Both the position numbers and the translations under genes were made by a program. A stretch of DNA of 64,000 nt from Adineta vaga (taxonomy: Eukaryota > Animalia > Rotifera), in assembly GCA_021613535.1 (NCBI GenBank), contig CP075497.1, positions 6,014,001 through 6,078,000 of the forward strand, read 5' to 3'. Positions 1 to 17,956 of the stretch are shown piece by piece (within the stretch, counting starts at the first letter, position 1; each line of letters starts with the position of its first letter). The notes below the pieces were generated by a model. It was given only the letters and a program-made list of their open reading frames with translations, did no database searches and was not told the origin of the DNA.

Positions 1-3000
1 CGTCCAAATAAATCTAATGCTTCTTGATCAAGTATAGTTTTTTCTAATTCTTTTGGATCTTTGGTTAACCATGCAGGTAATTCTGACATTTCTACAAGTC
101 GTGGTTTACGATTTACCATTCGAGCTTCTGCATGTCGTCGTTCGCGATCCATTCTCTAAAAACAAAACAAATTCTTCAATTAAATTTTGTTTTTCAAAAT
201 CAAAATTTTACTGACATTAAATTGATTATATTCATCTTCAGATCGTGCAATCATTTGATTAATAACTTCATCATCTGGTACTTCATCTTCTTCTTCATCA
301 CCTTCTTCCGTTTCTTGCAAGAGAATTTGTTGTAAAAATTGTCTTCGTTCATTACCCGTTGATTTATTATTGAACATTCCAGCTTGTATGACTTTTTCAT
401 CAACATTTAATTTATAACGTGCAGCAGCTAAGATTTTCTCTTCGACACTATTAACTGTCATTAAACGAAGAACACGAACTTCATTTACTTGACCAATACG
501 ATGTGCACGATCTTGTGCTTGTAAATCCTATGAATTGGACGTTAAAATAAAATAAAAGAATAAATTGAAAGATTTACTTGATGAGGATTCCAATCTGAAT
601 CAAAGATAATAACCGTATCGGCTTTTTGTAGATTTAATCCAAGACCTCCGGCACGTGTAGATAGCAAAAAAATGAAAATATCTGAATTAGCTTCGCTAAA
701 TTTTGCTAATAAATCGCCACGTTCTTCCGATTTTGTTTGACCATCAAGACGTAAATATGTATAATCTAAATGAAGATTCAAACTTAATTCGTTTCTTCTC
801 TATTGAAAAACAACTTCAATACATACTTTTATAAGCAAAATAATCTTCCATGATTGTCATTAATGATGTCATTTGACAAAACAGTAAAATACGATGATTT
901 GTTGCTTTTAGTTTTGGTAATATACGATCGAGTAATTCAAATTTACCCGACGCACGATACAGATCAGCTCTAAATCAATCGAAATTGATTTAATTACATA
1001 GTAAAGATTTCTCTTCGTAAAAAATCAAATTCATACCCATTACAAACACCATTCGTATAATTAAAATGTTGACTAATTTTTTCTTCTAATTCATTGAACA
1101 TAAATGGATGATTACAGATTTTACGCAATTGCATTATAGTATTCATCAATGCTTTTGGATTGCCATTTTTACCATTCTAAAAAAAACAATGTAAATGAGA
1201 AAGTCTTTCATACGAAATTCAATAATTACGTACTCTATCTTCTGTTAGAACAATACCACTAGTCTGCATATGATTATACATGACTCTTTGTAATGCAGAC
1301 ATATCACATTTAATAACATATTCAATCTGAAATAATGTAATATGAGTTTTTCATTCTGTAAACTAAGAGAATAGGTAATTTTACTTTATCTGGTAATTGC
1401 GATTCGACTTCTTTCTTAAGACGACGTAATAAAAATGGTCGTAAAACTTTATGTAAACGTCGAATAATAAGTAAAGTTTCTTCGGGATTAAGTTCAACTT
1501 TTTCACATGTTGTTGCAAATGGTGCATTAAACCATTGTTCAAATGTTGTACATGATTTAAAGATTGATGGTAAAAGAAAATTCAATAATGCCCATAGTTC
1601 AGGTAATTTATTTTGTAATGGTGTACCCGTTAATAATAAACGATGAGGAGCTATATAATATGTATTAAGTATTTGAGTTAATTTACAATGATGATTTTTC
1701 ATTCGATGACCTTCACTAAAAAACGAAACTAATTATTAAAAACAATGTATTAAGAATATTTTTGAATACGAACTCGATAATCATATAACGCCATTTGATT
1801 TTGGATAAAAGTGCTTTATCTTTGATAATATATTCATAGGTTGTCAATAGAACATTGAATTTTCCATTTCGTAATGTATAACCAAGTGTTTTACGTACTT
1901 GTGGATGGCCTTTGAAAATGATCGTAGAAACAGCCGGTGACCATTTTTCAAATTCATTAACCCAATTTGCTAATGTACTAAAAAAAAGATTTTGATGCAT
2001 AGAGAAAAAATAGATTCTTTCAAAGAAAACTTACGATAAAGGTACAATGATTAAATAAGGTCCATTGACTTTTTTTACTTCCATTAAATAAGTAATAAGA
2101 GCAATTGTTTGAATAGTCTAAACATAATCAATTATTACATATATTAGAATAAAAATCTCATACTTTTCCAAGACCCATTTCATCAGCAAGAATACCATTG
2201 AGATTATTATTATATAAAGAAACAAGCCATTCTAAACCTTGGATTTGATATGGTTTAAGTATACCTCCAACGAGAAGTGCTGATTGTTTAGTAACACGTT
2301 CTCGAACACGATGTGCAACTGCATAATAGGAATCTAATGATGCCGTATGATATTCATCATCTTCTGTTGCTTGTTTTGCTTTTGTTAAAACTTCTTTGAC
2401 AATCGTTTCATCCTCAACAACACCTTTTTCTTGTTCATCAGCGGTTGGTGTTGGTATTACAATAGTTGTTTCAGCTACACGTGCAGTTATATCACGCGAT
2501 GTTTCATCATCTTCATCATCACTTGTTTGTCTTGGTACAGCTTGCCATCCTGGATTTTTCTCCAGCCATACTTCAAGTTCAGATTCTAATGGTGCATCAG
2601 GTCCTTCTTTAATTTCACCTGTTGTGGTATTTTTAACTTTAATATGTAAATAATCTTTTTCTTCTGTTGAAAAATTTGTTTGTTTTTTTTCTTGTTTTTT
2701 CTTTTTTATATCATTTTGATGTTCCTTGACAAGATTAACTAAACTTATGATGTATGCATCAGTTTGAGATAATAAATAAGCTAAACGTTTGTCTTTCTTT
2801 TCATCAATAAGTTTACGATAACCATCTTCATCTTCATTCATTAAACGACGCATACGTTCACGTTCACGTTTTTCTTGTTCTTTCTTTTGTTCACGTTCCG
2901 TATTTTGATGCCAATTGATAATGGATCGAGCTAATTTATTCGTTTTTGCTTGAATACCTTTATGAAATTCTTTAAATTCTCTCGCAACATTTAATATAGC

Positions 3001-3913
3001 TGTTAGATATTCTTGATGTTTTTGTCGACGTTTACGATCAATTTCTGCTTTTTGTTGTTTTTCTAATTTTTCTGTTGCACGAGCATCACGAAGACCAAAT
3101 TGTTTTGGACGTTTGTAAAAACGTGGATTTGTTCCTGTTTCTAAGACTGCATCTAAACGCATGCATGTGACAATTTCTGATCGAACTTGTCGTTGAAAAT
3201 TTAATAATTTCAATGCTTTTAATTCAATCATTATTCTCGTACGAATATGTTCTTGTGTAACGGATTGTAGAACTTTTTCTAAATCATTGATACGTGTTAG
3301 AATATTATTTTGAATACGAGAATCACGTTCAACTAAAACTTCTTGTACATCAATACCAGTTGGTTTCGATATTGATGTTATACGAAGGTTATTCAAACGA
3401 TTCGTTGTTGAAGCATTCGAATTTTCAGCGATTGTTGGTGTTTGAATTGATCCAGTTGGATAATTTGTTGTACCATTGACTTGTGCAGGTGGATAATAAC
3501 GTGGACCAAGATTATTAGTCATAGGTTGTTTATAACGAGCATCCATCATTGGTGATGGATTTGGTGATAAACCGGATGGTTGCTTTGAAATGACCGCATT
3601 TGGAGGATAAAATTGCTGTTGATGTCGTCGAATAACCATTAGATGTTGATCAGGTACAGGTTGATTACGAACAAGATATTTATATGCACTGATTTGATGA
3701 TTAAATAAATTGGATTGAGAAGCATTCATAACCATAGGTGTTGATGATGGATTTACAGGTGTTGACATCATTTGATTGTCCATGACACCAGGATTTGACA
3801 TGTACACTATGAAAATACGAATAAAATTCGTTGGAAAAAAAGAAATTTCAAAAATTACTTGTTTGTTGTTGTTGTTGATGTGCTGTGGATGGCGGTATTT
3901 GATTCATCATCAT
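1..3913 (-). CDS. brm: SWI/SNF chromatin-remodelling ATPase Brahma/SMARCA2/4 (multi-exon; 3' end runs off the left edge of the window)
   Basis: QLQ ([15 protein letters not shown]), HSA and BRK ([19 protein letters not shown]...WLEKNPGW) domains; SNF2 motifs [16 protein letters not shown] (split by the intron at ~1717-1773), [32 protein letters not shown] and [11 protein letters not shown]. First exon 3913-3859 (ATGATGATG) splices in frame to 3806. Confidence 0.97.
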
Positions 3914-4494
3914 TGGACGTTATTCTTATGACACAATTGAATTAATACTACATGATAAAAACGATCTACAAAAGAAAAATCATAGAGAAATACATCCAAG
4001 AAGACATTTGCAACTTCAAAATCAATCATATATTCTTGCTTAGATTGTATTGCAGTTGTTCTTTCATACTTATTTCATAAACGAACGAATGATAATCGAC
4101 CATTTTATTTTACAATAATTGTGACATTCACCAATCAGAACATGAAAAGAATAGATGTCGTTTCTGTACGAAATACCTCACATACACACACAAAGAATTG
4201 CTTTGTATTATTATCTTATATGAATGAAGACGTTTGTTTCTTTTCTTATTAAGTTGAACTTTATTATATATTTTATATTAACGCACTCTATATACTACAT
4301 CATCTTCGGATACGAAAAAAAAGAATCTTTGCACCGATATACAGACTTACAAATAGTCAAACGCAAAAAAATTAAACTTCGAAATTCGAAAAAAGTAAGA
4401 AGAAAACATAACCAAAATAAACGACCAAAAAAAAGAAAGAAAGAAAGAAAACTACTGAAAAATGAAATTATTTTGCTTGAGAATATTCACATAT

Positions 4495-5824
4495 TTACAA
4501 CGGAAGTTGATATGTATAAACACGATAATCTTTTGATGCTAAATGAAGAATATTTTGATTTGGTTCTATTGCAACATCAAGAATTTGTGAATGACAAATA
4601 CGAGCTGTATAAGCACCTAAACGTTTCTTTTGTTCATATTCATCATAAACTGTGATGTTTAATCCTTGATGATTATCAATTGCAATCAATTGTCCCTTAG
4701 AATTCAATTTAATATTCGTTGGATATGTTATATAATTTGATTCTTTGATTTCTCGAATCAATTGTCCACTGTATGAAAAGACTTTGATTGTATGTAAATG
4801 ATTATCTGAGATAAAGATTTCATAGTTATTTGAACAAATCGATGTGGGAAATTGTAATTGTGCATTTAAATGAAATAATGAAAGAACTTTGCCATCTAAT
4901 GAAAAGATATGTAATTTTTGTACTTGTGATTCGATGACAATGATTCGATGTGATTGATCAACTGTTAATGCACGTGGTTTTTCTAAATGTTGACCGAATC
5001 GTCGAATGAATTCGCCTTGAGCATTGAAAACATGAATTTGTGGTCGTGGATGACGTTGAATAACAACGAGTTGATCACTTCCACCAGGTACCACAGCAAT
5101 ACGATAGGGATAAAGAAGATTTTGACATCCTAATGTTCGCCCTCGACCAAATGAATATTCGAATTGACCTGTTTCACTATGGAAAACTTTGATACAATGA
5201 GCATTAGTGTCGACAACAGCTAATTTGCCTGATTCAAGCCAAGCAACACTATTTGGTTCACGAAATGCATTGTTCCCATCACCATATTGACCTAATGATC
5301 GGATCCATTTTAAAACTTGACGAAATGAACCATTCTTATAACGAGTTTCAGAACGACCTTTTCAAGAAAATAAATAGAATACTTTATAAAATATGAATTT
5401 TTCTCTTACCACTGTTTCGACGTTCATGTGCTGGTGTCAAATGAATTCGATCGTTTTCAAGTGGCGATGATACTAATCGAAAACAATTTTGTTTTTAGAT
5501 TGAATTATTAATCACACTTACTATCAACAGGTTTAACAACGAATTCTTCTGGTGGTGAATATGGAACTTTAAAAACAAAGAAGAAAATAAAATTAAAAAT
5601 TAAAAAAAATAGGATTTACTAGAATTATAGATATTATTATCACATAATGCTGATCCAAGTGCAATACGTGGTTGTTTTGATGGAATTCTACAATCACTGA
5701 AAATAGATTAAATATATACGTGATATTAAAAGTAATATCAAATAACTCACGCAAGTACGGGTATGTTTTCTTTATCAGTATTATCGACTACATGTCGTTT
5801 ACGTGTTGGACCGGATAAAAAATT
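4495..5824 (-). CDS. Brat-like NHL-repeat (six-bladed propeller) protein with a short disordered N-terminus; start codon unresolved (probably up to ~5940)
   Basis: In-frame exons 5824-5751, 5696-5620, 5566-5522, 5472-5410 and 5357-4495. The last exon matches the Brat NHL pattern (FREPNSVA, LLYPYRIAV, PRALTVD, EIFISDNHLHTIKVF, IDNH, LASKDYRVY). Confidence 0.85.
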
Positions 5825-6484
5825 CTGTAAAGATAATATACTAAAAATGAATAAAATTTATGTTTTGTGCTATTTCCCAAAATCAATCGATTTTGTTTTT
5901 ACTTCATAATATTGATGGTAAGTATTCACAATCGTGTTAGATCTTATGTTTCAGGAACAACACATGTGATTAGTTTAGATAACTGTACGTTTATATAGAT
6001 TAGAAGTAAGAACGACGAAAATGGCGGACGTCCATTTAAACACAAGAAAAAAAAAAGAAATTCGTCCATATGTAGGTATTTCTATAGTTTCTTTGTCAAA
6101 AACAAACGATCGCTAATCTGTCAGTATGAAATATCTTTCCTCGATTCAAATCGATGTCAGATTTGATTGGTTTCTTTTTCAAAAGGACTGAATATACTAA
6201 AAGTAAATAAGTACCTATGAATAAATAAAAGATGTGACAAGAGTTGTTTTACATTTCATAAAACAAAGATTTTTAATGATCTTTTCAAATTCATGCATTC
6301 GTTTGAACAACATCAACATGTTTCTGAAATCATCTCTTCGTTTAATCTTCTTACATGAAGGCCACTCATTATTATTACTTTCGACCGTTATATTGCAGAG
6401 AGAGAAAAAAACGAACTGTATAAATAAAACACGCACAAAGTACCCTCAGAAAATAAAAAAACTTTGAAAAGTTCATTGTTTTTG

Positions 6485-9400
6485 TTAAAAGAATGTTGTA
6501 TCTTCGGAGAAAGCTCCACATAATCGAAATTCATCTTGTGCTAACATACAATACATTCGTTGCGGAGATGGTCTTGAACGTGCTTGAGACGGACGAGCAA
6601 TTGATGCACGAAGAATATATTCTTTTCCAGCTGGTGTCATAAATTGATTCTTCACTTCAAGTATATCATTAGCTTGATTTGTTGAAGGTTTAGATATTGT
6701 AAACATCGATGTCAATCGTTTTCCTAATCGACTTTTTGCAGCATCTTTTACAGGCATTTCAGGACGTGTATGTAATTCTGTTATAAATCGAATCATTTCT
6801 TCCTAAAGGAGAAAAAAATAGGAATTTGTATTGACTACGTTTATATTGAGTTAATACAAAGTACTTTTTCTTGTTGATCAAGATCAGAAGGAAATAGTTT
6901 TTCTTTAAATGATTGAAATCGACAAATATATTGTTCAATAACTGTCAGATATTCAATGTAATCCTACATAGAATTAATTCGATAGTTTAGTTAATCGATT
7001 ATCAATTTCTATACTTGTTGTAATTTCATTTTTCGCTCATCTTTTCCTTTGATAATATGAATTGCTTTGGTATGAAGAGTTTCAACAAGAGCAGATACAT
7101 TTGATTCCTCCATATCTTAAATTAAATTTCAAAATGAATTCAATATAAGAAATTTGAAGTGAAATATTTTTCATACTATCTTCAGTAATTCGATCATAAA
7201 CGGTATGTAAAAGAACAGGAATCAGTTGTTCAAGAACTTCACCTGGTGTTATTGTTGACAGTTTTTGAAGAATCTATTTTAATAGAGTTGTTTTAGACTG
7301 AGGGAAGGATATATTTGATTTTCCTTACTTTTTCCGCTTCTTTACCATCATCAAATAAGCGTTTTTGACGGCGAACAGGTATAGGACGTGCTTGCTGCCA
7401 AACTTCTGTCCATAAATTATCTGGTAATTGCATACGTGGACTAAGTGAATAATGTTTTTGAATGTTTCCATCTTTATCTATTTCTTCTGATTCAATCCAA
7501 TCACGTGGAGAATACCATCGTACAAAATCTTCAATTGTTCCCAATGGATTTGCTGCCTAAAACAAACGATTGATTGATCTATTAAACATCTATGTATTCG
7601 ATAGTTATGAAATTACCTTAAAACTTTCCATATCTGATAACAATGATCGACTTTGCATTCTTGCACGTAACAATGTAGCTTCTTCACTCGAACCTAAATT
7701 TGTTAATACTGTTGTCTGTTCATCAAGCATATCTTCTGTTGCTGGTGGACATTCCTAAATTATACATTAAATTTTATTTCTTATCTATATCTCGATTTGA
7801 TACATAACCTGAGTTATTGGTATATAAAGACTCTCATTAGTATTTAATAGTTTTAGATCACCACATGGTTTAAAACGACCTTCAGGTTGTAAATCAGCTA
7901 GACTAGATTTTGAAGGTGAAAGAATTGATGAACATTCAAAAAATTCATCTCCATCTTCATCTTGTTCTCCTATTGCATTTTCCATATTAGTTATATCATT
8001 TTGATGACGTAGACGATGTTCAATACAACAGTTTAACATTTGTAAATTTTGATAAAATTTCGAATATGATAGATTCGGTGAACCAGATTCTAACCTATAT
8101 TGATAATATTCAAAAATTTCAACCAAACATAATTTCGATTTACCCAGGAATAAGTGTTCCTGTTTCCCAATGTGTCCGAAGTTCTTGTAAAACATCATAC
8201 CATATATGAGCAATTGAACGAAGATGATTATATGAAGGTAAACTACAAATGGAGGCAAAACAAACCACCAAACGGTAGACGAAACTATCATTCGGTACAG
8301 ATTTTAATTGTCGTGTTCGTTCAGTATTCTAAAATAATGAAAAAAAAACATTAATATTTTCTTTTCATTATAACGTTTGTTTACATCGAGAGATTCATCA
8401 ACAATTGATCGTTGTCTATCTAAATTTGGTCGTTCATTAAAAAGATACTAAAATGAATCAATCATTTCTTTATATCAAACATGGACTATGAATTATTTAC
8501 TGTAATTGTTTTTTCGACGACACTGGGTGGTAATGGAGGATTAAAAATATTCACACGTAATTTATTAGTAGTATTTGAAATCGAGGAAGAAATCGATGTC
8601 CAATATTGTTGCGTACGACTATCAGATATTCTTTTAATTGGATCAGCCGTATTCATAGAATTATTCGATGGATCTAAACAAAATAGTTGTCAACAAGAAA
8701 TAGAAAAACATTGTCTACTGAGCAAAGCATTGCTTTCTTCTTAAAAATCTCCAAATTCATCTTACTCACAAACTTTCTTCAACTGATTTTTTCTGCCTGA
8801 AATGCATCAATACATGTGTTTCTCTTTTCTTTTCTCTTATTAATCAATATTGTAGAGATAAAAAGCAAAACATTACCATCACTATTTTGAATTTTACCAA
8901 GCAATTGTTCAATCGATTCTCTTTGTGTTGATAATTTGAAATATTCCTGAACAGTATCACTAAGTAAAACAGGTAAATCATCTAATAGAGTGACACCAAT
9001 CGCCCATTGATGAGATAATACTGGATCAAAATCATTGCAATCATCATTTTCTGTCACAAGTTCTTCAGAAAATATTGGCCATGTACATGACAGATGAAGA
9101 CCACTGAAGAATCAAACTATGACATCGAACAATTCTAAATTAATTGTTAATGATTACCTGACAGGATCATAGAGAGATCCAAATGGAAGTTCAGTTAATA
9201 TCGGTATTCCTGATTCATCTCGTGGTAAAACTTGTCGACTTAATGTTGATTCAAATTCTTTTAGTACGTATGTAAATCGAACAGCAACCATTACAATTGT
9301 ATCATTAGAAATATTTGCACCCTATAAAAACAAACCCATACGTTGGAAAACGAAACAAATGAATTTTTTCAACCTACTAATTTCGATTTGAATATTTCTA

Positions 9401-10597
9401 AAAGACCAGCTAAATGTCGATATTGATGAGGAGCATTTTTAAGGTGACATATATTAAAGTGTGTTCGAAGACCCGAGCCTTCACAAAGACCAATAAACAT
9501 ATTACGCCATTCATGTTGTATACGTATAAATATTGGAACATTACTATCAAATACAATGTAGAAGATTTTTTTAATTAATAAAACTTTTAATTGGCAAAAT
9601 CTTTTACCATCCAACATTGGACACAGCAATTGCAGCAGAACTGAGTAAAATATTAGCACGATCTTCATCAGATATAGCATCATTATTTCGTTTTGGTGCG
9701 AGAATTAAAAATTCACGAAGACCATACCAATGAGATAAATACCTAAAGAGAATTGTTCTTTAATTTGTCGTTAAGTAATCTCAACCGGCACCGTCAAAGA
9801 AAGTCTATATTTTCTATCGTGAGTTTACTAAAGATGCATTAATAGTAATTGTTATTTTCATGATAGGAGAGTATAGATTTATGACTTACTTTTTCGACAA
9901 TATGATACTAAATAAGATAATTATCTCTCGACAACTTCGAAGGATTAATAGTTGACAAGACAAATATATGGTGACTCTTCTGAGAGTTAGTCTCGCGTTG
10001 GACGTGCCTACTTACGGTGATCTTGATGGAAAATCATTTCGTCTTGACATCATATCCGCCATAGCTCGTGGTGGTATAACTAAACAAATCCAAATCTGAT
10101 GTAAAACAAAGAAAAATAGAAAGATTTATGTTTTCTACATGTTTGTTTTTCAAATGATGTTGATGTCGTCATTTGAGGATTATTTTCAGTTGATGGTGTT
10201 GATATCATGTCTGGAATTTGTAGAGAAAAATGAGTGAGAACATAAGAATGTTCACCGAATTCAACTGCTTCATCATGTTCAATCCATTTACCATCCGCGA
10301 AATCAATCTAAGAACATATTCAATAGAACACATAATTATATTCGAAATTCTCTAACTTCATTGTTAGAAATTTCAGGACCATTTAATTTCCATTCCGATA
10401 GAATTTCTTCTATTCTAGCGATAAATCTATTAAGCAATCAAAAATCGTACTAAAATCATTCTTTTTCATTGTTTACCTTTCCCAATCTGATGCTGTTGTA
10501 TAGTCAACAATTTCAAATATATCTTCCTCCTAAAAATATTCAAAACATCTCGAAAACAGATCGAAATTTCTTGCCGTACTTCGTTCACATTCGCCAT
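6485..10597 (-). CDS. RAB3GAP1: Rab3 GTPase-activating protein catalytic subunit
   Basis: N-terminal FEIVDYTTASDWERF, WYGLREF, LLSDMESFKAANPLGTIEDFVRWYSPRDW, ARPIPVRRQKRLFDD and C-terminal PQRMYC...FRLCGAFSEDTTFF; many short introns. Confidence 0.95.
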
Positions 10598-10918
10598 TCG
10601 TTTCTATATAAATCTAAAATGATCACATCTATCAATTTTTTTTTATCTAACATCACTGTAAATTATTACGACAAAAAAAGGAATGAATCATCCATCTTAG
10701 AAAAAAAAACTTCATTTTACTTTATTATCCAAAAGAAAAAAAAATAATCAAATTACAAAAATAATTTTCATTACTCAATTACAAGTCATTCACACATGGA
10801 AATCGATTCTGTCATATTGCACACATAAAATACAGAAGAAAAAAACAAACAAAGACTAAGCGATACTAATGCATATGGAAAAGTATCTGAACAAATGCAT
10901 GAAAAGGAAGAAAATGCT

Positions 10919-12624
10919 TCACAAATGATGAATACGTTTTAGTTCCGCTGCTTTTTGAAGAATTTTATGAACATCCGTATCAGGTGGATAATTCTAAAAG
11001 ATGTAACTTTTTTTTGTAAAGAGATTTTGTTTAATGAAAAACAAACTTGTAATAATCTGATATTTTGTGCTTGTGATCCATTGAGAAGTTGATCTCGTTG
11101 AAGACTAGAATAAATGAAATGTTTCTTATGTTAAAATGTTGATTGATTACATACGTAACCATTGCACAGCAAAGATAAAGTAAAAATTGAAAATTTTGAT
11201 CTTGATCAGCAAGTAAAGAATCCCATATACGTAGAACATCAGGTAGATGAAATTCTTGTGAAAGTAGCAATGTTAACCAACGAAATGAATAAAATTCTGG
11301 TTTCAATTTCTGTTTTTCAAATAATTCATAAATTTCATTATCGATTTTCTTTAATAAAATGACGAATTTTTGCATTCGACCAAGAATACCAAATTCTGAA
11401 TTATCATAAATTTTCATAAAATTTTCTCGTAGATGTGTCATTAAACTTGTAAAACAATAGAATGTATCTGCTTCTGCATGTTCTATTCAAAAGAAAATAT
11501 TAGTAATAAATTCTATGTTCGTCGAATCTTACCTTTCCATTCAATATTTGGATCCGTTGCAAATGTATAATAGATTGGTCCAATAATTTCATTCATTCCT
11601 TGAACATAACTTTGTCCTGAATTTAATTTTGAATAAACGAATAAAATCCTTTCGACTACTTCCCAATGTGCTTCACAACCATCTGCTAATACTTCATATT
11701 CATTATCGTCAGATTTAGAATCGATTGAGCCATTGTTATTACGATGTAAAGCTTTTTTATTCGATTGAACTTCTAATCGACCAGTTAAACGTGATTGTGA
11801 TCGAGATTCGACTGTAAGTGATGATGATTCAATACGTTTACGTAAATTTTCAAAACCAGCTTCTTGTTTCATAATTTCAGCACATGGAAATTCAGTTTTA
11901 CATTGAAAAAATGATAAATCAGGACAAAGTCGTCTAAGAGAAAACACGATAGTCATACGATTTTTCAGTAAAATATCATTTAACGAACCGGCAATCTTTA
12001 TCAATCTGTAATAAAACTTCGTTTTCTTTGAAATAGGCTGCCCATGAACTATTTGGTGCAGAATTTAATGGCTAAAAATCAATATATATATACACAAGGT
12101 TTTTCTAAATTTCAATTGTTTACATGATCAACAACAGCCGTTTGACAGGAAGATTCAAGACCAGGTTTAATAATTGTTTCACGAATATAACCACGATACA
12201 ATTCTCTACAATCGATGTGTTCATATTTTAGTTTATAATACATTGTTCTTACCGTTGTTTTGAGAGATGTGTTGTCCATTTTGTTCGATCAAGAACGAGA
12301 TAATTAAGTAGGATCTATGCAAATATTTTTTTTTCTTTCTACTTCTTTTATAATAGTTTATCGTTATTCTGTTTTTACCTTCCATGTTAGACTACGAATA
12401 CCATTATCCGCTGGACAACCTAAGAAAAAAATAATGAAATCATTCGAATATTCTGTTAATTAATCATTTTACCATTAAATGCAAGAGTTTTTAATTTTTT
12501 TAAATCGATATTATCAGATTTAAATAATGTTTCAAATTGTTCAATTCTATTTTTAAGGAAAACTAATGAGAAATTTTGTTCGAAATTAAGATTCATTTCT
12601 TTACGTTTTTTGATATAGTGCCAT
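10919..12624 (-). CDS. TBC1D13: TBC-domain Rab GAP, TBC1D13-like
   Basis: MALYQKRIEQFETLF start; QIDKD..RRLCPD (arginine finger), YVQGMNEIIGPIYY (glutamine finger), EAHWEVVERILF and FRWLTLLLSQEFHLPDVLRIWD; ends NYPPDTDVHKILQKAAEL...HHL*. Confidence 0.93.
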
Positions 12625-13564
12625 TCGTATCGTCTGATATTCGTGAAGTCTAGAATAGAAACTATTATACATAGTATATACACGTGAGATGATCGGAGAA
12701 ATGGGACATGATTTGATTTGTCAGAAAATATAATCAATTAAATCGATGAAAAGATGTCGTCCGAGTTGAGATTGTCTTATTCATTGATGATGAAGAATGG
12801 CTAACTCTCAACTGTTAACAGAAGATTTTAGAGATTCTGACATACGTTTAAGCTCTATATTTTAGTTCATGCTCATTCTACTGAAGAATCTAATTAGTTT
12901 CAATCAACAAAAAGTCGAAGTGAACTGACAGATTTTGCCTACAGAGAATAATTTCTTGTGAAAGACAATCTATTGATTTACCTTAAATAAATCTTCCAAA
13001 TATAATTAAAGAATCGTTGAAATGTGAGTTGTCGATAAAAGCTGTAAAAGTAAATGAAACAAAGTATCTTTTATTCTTATCTTCAATGTCGAAAGTGAAA
13101 TGATATCTCGTCAAGAAATAGAACATTCTCCATTACCTTTTCTTTCGAACAACAACTAACTACGAAAAAAAGAAGAAGGACACGTGACTTCTTTTGTTTA
13201 ATTTACACCTGTCGAATATAAAACTCTCGATATTTTATTATCGTTTCGTTTTATTAATTGAATAATTTATTTTCTATGCTCAATAAATTTATCCGTATGA
13301 ACATTGATTATTATTATTTATCACATCGAACACATACAACAAATTATATGTTAATAGCAATAACAAAGAAAACGAAATAAATAAATTAAAGAAGACAAAA
13401 AACAAAAATACAAATAGTAGAGTAAGTTCTTGCGCATGATAGTAACTGAAATATGCAGGAAATACGTTGACGTAAAGTTCTTTTATAAAAAAATTGTTGA
13501 TTTAATTTTTCAAACAAAAAAATAAAATAAAATTGTTTTTATTTCTTATATCTCTTGAATAATT

Positions 13565-17426
<3,862 letters not shown>

Positions 17427-17956
17427 TGTACTATTTGTCGAAGAAAATTCATTCTGTTTATTAATTGATAAATGATTTTCCTCCTGTGAGCCTGTGTTGC
17501 TCGACGAGGAGGTGAAATCGATAAGTTTTGTTGAGTCCAGTTGTGTTTGATTGAGAAAAAAAAGACGAATAAAAATACACTATGATAACATCTGAAGAAA
17601 AACAAGAAATAATTGAGTTACAAATATGAATTGATTTAATAACAATTCGATCGTTTAAATCATCCGATTGCATCGTTTTGAAACATGAATTCTATCCGTA
17701 TTTACTAACTTCTTTTCTCTCTTCAAAATACATGATTATATGTGGTGTTCTAACTGGGTCATAAAAAGCATACACACACACACACACACAGGCATGTGTT
17801 GATATTTAAAAAAGGAAAATCAACAAAAGCGACTTGTAAATCGTGATTTATATCTGAAAAGGAAAGAACAAAAACAATATGTTATATGATTTCTCTTGTT
17901 TAGATAACTATCATTGTGTTTTGATTAGTTTTATTTCTTTATACAAAATAGAAATA

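Noticed and set aside
2396-2653. Ser/Val-rich plus-strand ORF and similar short antisense ORFs across the window
   Set aside because: Antisense to well-supported coding exons.
12787-12840. ATGATGA...CTGA, possible box C/D snoRNA
   Set aside because: Short, intergenic and antisense to neighbouring genes, with no clear terminal stem, C'/D' boxes or recognisable guide; these motifs are common in AT-rich DNA.
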